From Macrostomum lignano (Eukaryota): DNA of 64,000 nucleotides. The notes below the pieces were generated by a model. That model saw only the letters and a list, made by a program, of their open reading frames with translations. It ran no database searches and was not told where the DNA came from. Each line of letters opens with the position of its first letter. Position 1 is the first letter of the stretch. The DNA is taken from NCBI GenBank assembly GCA_002269645.1, contig NIVC01003721.1, forward strand, positions 62,001 through 126,000, written 5' to 3'. A program made the translations under genes and the position numbers. Shown one piece after another: positions 23,801 through 64,000 of the stretch.

Positions 23801-24718
23801 ATGTTGCCAATCGCCAATGCTGACTAATCCATGACAGAGAGAGAGCGTGGATCTTTCTCTATTAACTACAGATACCTGGGACAGCAGACAGAGATCAAAC
23901 TTACCTATATTGGAAGCAAAATGTAGGCATCCACAGAGAGAAAGAGAGAGACTCAGAGAGCGGACAGGCAACAGTTCAGCGGTTTTCAGACTAATAAATC
24001 TATTAATTTTTGCCTCATGGGAAGAGGAAGGTTGATGACAAACGTCTGTTAAAAATGTATGAGTAATAGGAAGGTTACAGAATTTTCTAGAGTCCCAGAA
24101 TGCCCACGAGGTGTGGTTTCTTAGAAAGGTCCTGTAACCCCAGAACAAAATTCAGTATATTTTTGTTGATGTTGCAGATGAATTGACTTACAAGACTAGA
24201 AGACTTTCTTCTTCTAACAGACAATGCTTTACTGTGTATTCTTAATTCTTATGCTTTGAAATCGGTTCCAGAAGTACATGCACTTTCGCTTGCCTTTTTT
24301 TCCAGTCTCATTATCGTTTCACGACTCCACCATAACAATTGATTCCGTCAACCCGCAGCAAGAAATCGTTGAGTACAATCACTTCAAGACGGACGCGGTC
24401 ATCTGGATAGTCAACACGCCGTTCCAGTGCAGCCGGCGCCTGTGCAAGTGGAACACCAACAAGGGCAAGGTGAACCTGCCCTGGACCTTCGCTGCCGCCT
24501 GCGGCGATTTTGTCACCCTTGACAGTCCGGCCACAGAGCCGCTGAAGCAGCTCTTCAGAGCGGCTGGCGGCAACCTCGGATTGGAACAGCAGTTGAACGT
24601 CACGACCGAGGTGCGGACAGGCAGGAACAAGGGCGACAATCAGGTCGTGTCCTGCTACGCAGTCGGCATGGTGGCAGCCAAAACCATTGTGTTCGAAGGA
24701 GATGACGATCAAGTTTGA
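2821..24718 (+). CDS. Secreted EMI + four fasciclin-1 (FAS1) domain protein, periostin/TGFBI-like, 841 aa, 11 exons
   Basis: Exons 2821-2957, 3562-3654, 3948-4148, 4268-4460, 4594-4727, 4788-5233, 5325-5435, 5877-6190, 22869-23201, 23276-23479, 24359-24718. All are GT-AG and phase-compatible, totalling 2526 nt (the exon 5 donor is the least certain). Signal peptide MRFLIPMLLSLLLRGSPCRA; EMI cysteine pattern VCAY..TTCFPYKQRICG..YDCCPGY; FAS1 motifs TAFLP/VVHFVD, TVLVPTQSAW/ASNGVVHKTD, IFLIPREAAW/GHGYMVDWV, LIIVSKDAW/VIWIVNTP. Confidence 0.88.
3105..3466. repeat. 45-bp minisatellite x8 in intron 1 of the FAS1 gene
   Basis: Unit GTCTGCTGACTTACAGCGGTGTTCGCAATTGATGCTTCAGCGGAT, period 45. Confidence 0.95.
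6345..7217 (+). repeat. Left TIR (873 bp)
   Basis: Reverse complement of 21789-22661; manual alignment gives 9 substitutions and no indels. Confidence 0.95.
6803..7042 (+). CDS. 79-aa TIR-encoded protein of unknown function (left copy)
   Basis: ATG after A-rich leader (AATAAAAATG); identical protein in the right TIR despite 5 nucleotide differences, all synonymous. Confidence 0.75.
   Translation: MFPVVSPGSYYKAHEPNYKSKYRCKLECSEYMRKYWPDVDINAPNINLALQRHWFHKYGVTYVKDYDSYYNFAEIIKQL
7047..7910 (-). CDS. Minor capsid protein (penton-like, Polinton PX), 287 aa, intact
   Basis: Polinton penton-like motifs (AIRL..YHVYL.DF.GW.NVPNV...NNKFYY; C-terminal EKPNPV..IHEIVLQFETEDG..VDFNGE...LTLII) and position directly downstream of the MCP. 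Assigned from motif recall plus gene order. Confidence 0.8.
   Translation of the reverse strand: MEAIAERLNNIVSHSKESIPITITGRINDSNGIFVEKLEQAIRLDPGANYHVYLNDFTGWSNVPNVMAANNKFYYKWKGAAADPVVFHVSTQSVDTYNNFLENVFTKRGHFETPDASKPEKKLFPVKLTYDLTVMRVVMQVHKDAEVEFKDDTWYRELGFEKKVYKAESAARTATQASGTVKMARENVSGLFLAPNIADIVKGLNILIRSNLSLDWVFKGKRTNILYNISNSVAGGQMVVEKPNPVKRVVLSNKEIHEIVLQFETEDGVGVDFNGEEFVLTLIIERM
7930..9216 (-). CDS. Major capsid protein (double jelly-roll, hexon-like, Polinton PY), 428 aa, intact
   Basis: Size, beta-rich composition, motifs DNSTI / FSVSNGSTELE / VFVPLRFMSGF / DLYIVY, and adjacency to the penton gene. Confidence 0.8.
   Translation of the reverse strand: MNDPLTPVFYKINKPILSDNSTIKATRVGVPSQENQNETNLGPGQTLTFTYNGCSSLVSVHSLKSGFHMTFQFKTKGGADAARANVDKHDADVALISNFWAYMFKEFSVSNGSTELERIANFGIVYDAHCLIENPDFIQLGSGAGFIADEKEGDINDSGYKNRKKRYNYALQGADDAAKNPLYRSVDVFVPLRFMSGFCNTFNRLTSNFSYTFRLTRDDRSRVLWTGADHTGMAVKLTGIELYLEVIEPKTALKADYLKAIEKDIDVAYTAYMCRDERNETRTNICIKEGSCSNPRYIIINMRNPNSIIRYMHGDVRSIQHEISDNLYPALPQNGDFSQNKISKFYSELVDLAVKENNGIAITALQYGTLYPMFGADVSARQMPTDNSPVNIVTNIERTTATPVDLYIVYAFERKVKLNMINNSSSKV
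9247..10474 (+). CDS. Gln-rich Polinton protein of about 409 aa, split by one frameshift near 10167-10170
   Basis: ORF 9247-10200 continues in another frame (TPQQRQ…TGKGISEIYKRVAVLLGAAKTG…EFVNILDKML…RFNKK*, stop 10472-10474); removing one T from TTTT joins them. Confidence 0.65.
10491..10880 (+). CDS. Putative virion core protein (129 aa) with repeated [KR]xGxG candidate protease sites
   Basis: Likely start is ATG 10491 (TTTAAAAAGATG) rather than 10368, which overlaps the upstream gene; motifs KRGSG, RSGNG, KKGSG. Confidence 0.6.
   Translation: MPIIFEKDIDKYYDKEELNLIKRGSGLFPAGHYPRKERSGNGLADLIAQGAKIFKVIGENKENIKNVAEAAGSVATAAKKIKDTVTPKQEIQPPLAPLAPLAPNPDSVDPAVYEKMRASIKKGSGFKFD
10907..11011. repeat. 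21-bp tandem repeat x5 (AGTCCCGAAATGACACATCTA) upstream of the ATPase
   Basis: Five near-perfect units. Confidence 0.95.
11043..11852 (+). CDS. FtsK-HerA/A32-like genome-packaging ATPase; start codon unresolved
   Basis: Walker A GSSGSGKT at 11151-11174, in frame but upstream of the first ATG (11190); Walker B LIVFDD; FTRGRHNNCNVIYIAQ motif; frame open from 11013. Confidence 0.9.
   Translation: MEKIDFSKDFNPHWTRNQIKFSHHESIPSHFRCIVVGSSGSGKTFRVFNMLLRPGFIDYDTLHIYSPTLYQDEYKMLISGLQNKLHKEDIIACFNNQMSLPSNPEIVAAEYAKHLKDNEKWQNIKVFTYGDPQADPKTKLLPQPDELEKGRKHLIVFDDCMTGPQKQIENYFTRGRHNNCNVIYIAQNWFELPNKTIRGNCNLILLFPTIPQDRLKRFYNEVIAPAYFINPTKNSSRKISQEEFVNLCYDKWNQPYQFVIISKDKRTVI
11869..12678 (+). CDS. Coiled-coil protein of 269 aa, candidate fibre/spike
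   Basis: Intact ORF with heptad pattern and an internal 28-aa tandem duplication; function is inferred. Confidence 0.6.
   Translation: MSINFAGESTTGNSTLTTSFLDKRYINTNEEIPEIKLNKNRLKQLERSMHQLQINMEDLRLKVARQKFESDKLYVPLLNATNELRSEITSIVSLINGLRSSVNLLGNSTDRRMRILEGGVFTNTAKVNNLEEFMNQSTALHDRIKENVATNTVKVNNLEEFMTQSTSLHDRIKERLDALERNDVSHSSYLNGMYSSWGKIIRRLDRLERTLNLRDIAIDEAESAARPVMSTDRVEGALDPDGVIRHALKRQPPSRCLLDSRSSSVKRAA
12771..13516 (+). pseudogene. Frameshifted Maverick-type hydrophobic (membrane-segment) protein
   Basis: Fragments in different frames: MAQQNSLY…, KLYPSL, QQFRLVEIQKMRDDLEK, SVLSGSAAAVSVLPAITAPIAIPLGSVGAACGLISAITG, ISRAIEDKFISEDEFKTIQDLYE. At least 3 shifts. Confidence 0.6.
13520..13919 (-). 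CDS. Adenain-like cysteine maturation protease, two apparent frameshifts
   Basis: CGIMNFD…GSHWVC (His), YYFDSYG (Asp, shifted frame), LQGLSSDICGELC (Gln/Cys, shifted frame), stop at 13520-13522. Confidence 0.85.
13996..17795 (-). CDS. polB: Protein-primed family B DNA polymerase (pPolB), multiply frameshifted in this sequence
   Basis: Probable ATG at 17795; ExoI VVYADFEC (~16430); Cys/His insert HCHIC…VRDHCHFTGKFRGAAH; ExoII HNAKNYDMHL; DANNLYGWAMSQDLP; KLANNSVYGK; YTDTDS broken by a 1-nt deletion near 14500; IGKMKDE; GLRAKSY. Confidence 0.95.
17920..18366 (-). pseudogene. Adenovirus pX-like core-protein gene (frameshifted); 3' boundary approximate
   Basis: ATG at 18366 after AAAATAAAA; reconstructed KSGGILPLAALIP-IIAGAVSAAGGVAGGVATAV resembles adenovirus pX RGGILPLLIPLIAAAIGAVPGIASVA. 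Confidence 0.65.
18382..19373 (-). CDS. Retroviral-like (DDE) integrase of about 330 aa with apparent frameshifts
   Basis: ATG 19373 (MTDQKLKKLYYSDKG), extra A at ~19311-19316; DDE triad HQADLLFL / FMTDPGKEF / YVERFNLTL; C-terminal WTDRLPTVIEQLNN, RATDPYFS, RSFTRAELLVIP. Confidence 0.92.
19404..19904 (+). CDS. Parvovirus VP1u-type phospholipase A2 domain protein (PLA2X-like), 166 aa
   Basis: WTLPGYKYCGPLN calcium-loop-like motif, PVNELDSVCMWHDVKY catalytic HD motif, AKLGLG. Confidence 0.85.
   Translation: MQRSGGKLDSHGLIEKLPHPNKGWTLPGYKYCGPLNPLEIQLDTNDNPNPGHEPVNELDSVCMWHDVKYRDFPEEKNRWDKEMLRRLDNIGASSGFRESIARKLVKAVIFSKAKLGLGVEGEGGCLGREGWCTRREGGGSGAGFILCAPNKKLGRLLKELGVERDA
20528..20915 (+). CDS. 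Putative spliced 99-aa ORF (exons 20528-20532, 20621-20915) within the element
   Basis: ATGTT|GTAAGT donor, TTGTTTTTAG| acceptor, 88-bp AT-rich intron; the in-frame product MFSQKITFYSTDLENLHGRL…FSRILSM* has no internal stop. Confidence 0.5.
20889..21456. repeat. About 141-bp tandem repeat x4 inside the element, each unit with two TTCCTG-ACAATA-CAGGAA dyads
   Basis: Units start near 20889, 21044, 21185 and 21326. Confidence 0.9.
21789..21959 (+). pseudogene. Duplicated 3' end (56 codons plus stop) of the penton gene carried in the right TIR
   Basis: SVAGGQMVVEKPNPVKR…LIIERM* matches the C-terminus of 7047-7910 except for one V-to-M change. Confidence 0.85.
21964..22203 (-). CDS. 79-aa TIR-encoded protein (right copy)
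   Basis: Protein identical to 6803-7042. Confidence 0.75.
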   Translation of the reverse strand: MFPVVSPGSYYKAHEPNYKSKYRCKLECSEYMRKYWPDVDINAPNINLALQRHWFHKYGVTYVKDYDSYYNFAEIIKQL

Positions 24719-24904
24719 GCTTATAGCAAGGCTAACTAAAGTAGATGGAACTCGTCGAAAATCCTGCAAATTTCCCTAGAGGCAGGTAGCATTCACGATT
24801 TTTTTACAATATCTCAACTTCTGTGGAGTTGCAAACTGCAAATAAAGCAAATGCATGCTTTGTGCGAGAGAAAATTTCAGCATTCTTTTCAAGCCAATGG
24901 AGGC

Positions 24905-25317
24905 ATATATAGTTAGTAAAACAGCTTTTTACTTTCAGTTCAGCAGCGAAGAAGTGGCATAAACTATTTTATAAAAAAAGAAAGGCTGCTGAAAGGACTT
25001 TGATAAGTTTAGAAGCCGTAAATAACTTGCTAATTGGTTCAGCAGTGATGTACATTAGCCAGTCCACTGAAATGTACATGGTAGCTTTGGACTGGAATTC
25101 CGAAAGGCAATAAAGATTGGAGCGGGGCGGGGGAGTAGTGTGGAAAGGCGCCGGTTGGAGGGTTTAAGCTGGGGTAGGGGAGGGGGTGGCTAAGAGCCAA
25201 TAAATTAGCCTTGAGTTTAAAAATACGCTAAAATGCTTGCTTAACTTGCTACTGAACTGAAAGTAGTTTACACGCAAATGTGCTGAGTGGCCCATCCAGT
25301 TATTCTTGTATCTGTGA
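24905..25317 (+). mobile_element. 5'-truncated copy of the MITE at 31958-32411
   Basis: Collinear similarity to 31990-32413 (roughly 85% by eye); retains the right TIR-like end GAGTGGCCCATCCAGTTATTCTTGTATCTG. Confidence 0.7.
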
Positions 25318-25802
25318 TGGAGTCCAGGAGCAAGCAGTTTTATCCTTAGTGAGAGAGAAGCAATCTATTAAAAAGAGAAGAAGGTAATAGCATGACCTTT
25401 TTGCCCGACAGGCCAATAACCAATACCCTTTAACGCCATAGACTATCAACACCCGCTAATGTCGAATTTGTGGGCAAATGTTCTTTTGAACATAGACAGT
25501 TTGTTGTTTCTGTTTCTTGCGCTCTACGCCGCCCGACTCTGCCCCCTCACACCCCACCCTTGCTATGAAATCGTAGCCTGAGCAAATATGTCTATGGTAG
25601 CTCGTATATTAGCTTGATTCTCTCACTTAGGATTGAACTGCTTGCTAATCAGTTGGCTTGTAAAAAATACAACAGTGTTCTGTAAACGGATTTCGCAGCA
25701 AAGATTAGCCTTCTGCGCAGCGTTAAACCCGAGGTTTTACCATAGACAAAACTCATGCACTTGTTTCATCCGCAAACTCAGAAGCTGAAAATGTGAGACT
25801 AT

Positions 25803-25995
25803 GGGCCGTATGCAGAAAGCTTAGTCCAGACTAGCTAGTCCGGACTTGGGTAGTTCAGTCTATGGTCTATGGTCTAGCTACCCTAGTTCTGCTATAGTAG
25901 ACCGATCTAACTTTGCGTTTCTGCATACCAAATCCAAGTCCAGACTAGCTTTTCAAGACCGGACTACCCTAGACAGAGCTTTCTGCATACGGCCC
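25803..25995 (+). mobile_element. 193-bp MITE (PIF/Harbinger-like), copy 1
   Basis: TIR GGGCCGTATGCAGAAAGCT / AGCTTTCTGCATACGGCCC; 3-bp TSD TAT. Confidence 0.8.
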
Positions 25996-26021
25996 TATGC
26001 ATTAGCAAGATAGCACATATT

Positions 26022-26215
26022 GGGCCGTATGCAGAAAGCTCTGTCTAGGGTAGTCCGGTCTTGAAAAGCTAGTCTGGACTTGGATTTGGTATGCAGAAAC
26101 GCAAAGTTAGATCGGTCTACTATAGACAGAACTAGGGTAGGTAGACCATAGACTATAGACTGAACTACCCAAGTCCGGACTAGCTAGTCTGGACTAAGCT
26201 TTCTGCATACGGCCC
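26022..26215 (-). mobile_element. 194-bp MITE, copy 2, inverted relative to copy 1
   Basis: Near-identical reverse complement of 25803-25995; flanks ATT/ATA. Confidence 0.8.
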
Positions 26216-26468
26216 ATAGACTTTTATCATAGTTTCTAGCAGTATTTTAACCAATGATTCAAGTTTCCTTAGATCTGAAACAAATCCAATTTCAATTATT
26301 TTTATTACGTCTAATCCATATTTACTAGCTAGATAATAACTATTAGATGCTACACTGCTGTGCAAGGATTGACACCTATATTTAAATTATTCTGTCTGAT
26401 ATTTGCAAACATTTTTCTTTCAAGTATTTTCTGTTTTGGGTAAACAACAAGCGGATTCAGGAATTATT

Positions 26469-27265
26469 GGATGAGATCAGAGCGATGGGATCAGAGTGAT
26501 GGGATCGGAGTGATGGGATCAGAGCGATGGGATCAGAGTAATGGGATCAGAGTGATGGGATCAGAGTAATGGGATCAGAGTGAAGGGATCAGAGCGATGG
26601 GATCAGAGTGAAGGGATCAGAGCGATGGGATCAGAGTGATGGGATCAGATGGATGGAATCAGAGTGATGGGATCAGAGCGATGGGATCAGAGTGATGGGA
26701 TCAGATGGATGGGATCAGAGTGATGGGATCAGATGGATGGAATCAGAGTGATGGGATCAGAGTAATGGGATCAGAGTGAAGGGATCAGAGCGATGGGATC
26801 AGAGTGATGGGATCAGATGGATTGGATCAGAGTGATGGGGTCAGAGTGATAGAATTAGAGCGATGGGGTCAGAGTGATGGGATCAGAGTGATGAGGTCAG
26901 AGTGACGGGATCAGAGTGATGGGATCAGAGTGATAGGGTCAGAGTGATAGGATCAGAGTGATGGGATCAGAGTGATGGGGTCAGAGTGATAGGATCAGAT
27001 TGATGAAATCAGAGTGACGGGATCAGAGTGATGAGGTCAGAGTGACGGGATCAGAGTGATGGGATCAGAGTGATAGGGTCAGAGTGATAGGATCAGAGTG
27101 ATGGGATCAGAGTGATGGGGTCAGAGTGATAGGATCAGATTGATGAAATCAGAGTGACGGGATCAGAGTGATGAGGTCACAGTGATGGGATCAGAGTGAC
27201 GGGATCAGAGTGATGAGGTCACAGTGATGGGATCAGAGTGATGAGGTCACAGTGATGGGATCAGA
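26469..27265. repeat. 14-bp minisatellite (GGGATCAGAGTGAT)n
   Basis: About 55 degenerate tandem units. Confidence 0.95.
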
Positions 27266-28746
27266 AGAGTGGGCTACAGAAGCCTCAGAAAGCAGGTCCA
27301 AACCAAAAAGCAACAAGAGCTCAGACGCGGCAGTTGCTGCCAGTATATCTCAGGCCAGAGGAGAAGGGCAGGAAAAATTTCAAAGGCGGGACAGAAGCAG
27401 GTCCCGCCGCGCGCGGCAGTGCAGTGTGTGCTGAATTTTATTTTCAGTTCTGTTTCACCTGTAAAACTCTGTAGTAGCGCAAAGCTAAAAGAGGCGCCGC
27501 AGCAGGCAACAGCGCCGCAGGAGAGAATTTGGGAAGATGTGCGCTCCGGCCTTGCTTTATGCTTAGTCAAAGACACGGACAAGCAAACAAACGAACAAAA
27601 AGCAAAAGTGTTGCCAAAAAACACAAACAGAGAGAGAGAAAACCACAGCGGACAAAATGGGAAGTAGAAGGCGGAGTCGAGCTCCGCAGCAGCCCAGCGC
27701 AGGTCTGCATGTACAAAATAGGCCTGTTCGCAGTGCGAGCCGAATCTGGCTGGGCTGGCGGGGGCGGGCGGCGGCAGAAAAAAGCAGCACAAGAAAAGCA
27801 AAGTAGAAGAGAAAAAAACGGAACACGCACGCAAAAAACCGCAAAAAACTCGGTGAGGGGAGGGTGCGGCATGGGTGACAGAAAATTGAGGCAAAATTCA
27901 CGGATTTCATTTCTTCTTCTTGAAAAAGAGACCTCCTGCGCCGGACATTACGAGCTAGTTTTTGAAAAAGCACTGGCGACAGACATGAAGCGAAAACAAA
28001 TTGCTGAATAAAAGCGAGGGACTCAATGCCAAAATGGAGGCTTATATTAAAAAAAATTGGAATATAGCCGACTTTGTTCAACACACAGTACTAGCAATAG
28101 TATTTAATGGCTCTGCAAAAGAAGACTTCGGGGTCAAGGTAGAAATCAAATTGTTGTTGAGCGCAGACAACAGCGGTCAGAAATCAATTTACAAGCAGAA
28201 ATTTTCACCAAAAACGCTTTTTTTGATTTTGAATATTCACGCCGCCTTACTGCCGGTCTCTGCTAGGCCCAAGTTCAATGCCCGGGGTAGTTCCGCCGAC
28301 AAATGAAAAAATAGAGGGGAGCGAGACAGACAGAACAGAAAAAAAACAGACAACGGCAGCGCGCATTGGAACAGCTGAGGAGAAGCATAGCGGGGGCGGA
28401 ACCTTTCTAAAGCGCAATTTACAGACAATATTGAACTTCTTGACTGGCTGTCAAAGAGAGTGCGTGTGCAACAGAGAGGCACAACATCAAAGAGAGAGAC
28501 AGAGAAAAAAACGCACAAGCACACAAAAAAGCAGAAAGAAAAAATCTCATCAAATGACACCGACAAACAAAATTTTGTTTAAACGCGCCACAACAGCAAA
28601 AAATGTGTCTCTGTCTGTCTGTCCTGTCCGATGGGAGCGAGAATACAGTTAGGCGTTCGGAGGGCTGAGAAGGAGGAGAGGAAGGAGGTGTGGGCTGAGA
28701 AGGAGACGGAGTCGAGCATGTCACTGCCGGAGCTCGGAGAGGCGGC

Positions 28747-63756
<35,010 letters not shown>

Positions 63757-64000
63757 CTTTGATGGTGAGAGACAGAAATTGGAGAAAATCATCTTTGGAG
63801 TTTCGTTATTTACGAGCAAAGAACAAAAATGATTCTGCATCGCTTTAGAGTTGAGTTTTTTAAACAAGGGCAATAAAAATCAACAGATAGCAAACTATTT
63901 GTAGCCTTTAAAAGTTCAAAACAGAAATGATAAAATAACACAAAACAGTCCAATTTTCTGTGTGCGAGCGATGGCAGATAGTCAGGCAGACGGACAGACT

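Overview
Eukaryotic (animal) genomic DNA with GC-rich spliced exons and many minisatellites; a flatworm such as Macrostomum is a plausible host, but that is inference only. The centrepiece is a full-length 16,317-bp Polinton/Maverick (adintovirus-like) endogenous dsDNA virus at 6345-22661. It has AGTAG...CTACT ends, a perfect 6-bp target-site duplication (CTAGAA) and 873-bp terminal inverted repeats (TIRs). It sits in intron 8 of an 11-exon secreted EMI + 4xFAS1 (periostin/TGFBI-like) gene (2821-24718, +). It encodes a minor capsid protein (penton), major capsid protein, candidate core proteins including an adenovirus pX-like one, a packaging ATPase, a coiled-coil fibre candidate, an adenain-like protease, a protein-primed PolB, a DDE integrase and a parvovirus-type PLA2. 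Unusual features: (i) the TIRs include a whole 79-aa gene plus the last 56 codons of the penton gene; (ii) all five TIR differences within that small gene are synonymous; (iii) both divergent gene pairs have start codons exactly 30 bp apart; (iv) several starts follow splice-acceptor-like T-rich-AG motifs; (v) there is a probable intron-containing ORF and a dyad-motif repeat array near the right end; (vi) frameshifts are concentrated in the replication, integration and protease genes while the capsid genes are intact. The right half is a multi-exon RBMS/shep-family two-RRM gene (28747-63756, -) with very large introns full of minisatellites and MITEs. The left edge holds the last two exons of another host gene. 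No rRNA, tRNA or CRISPR array was recognised. All alignments were done by eye, so coordinates of degenerate repeats are approximate.
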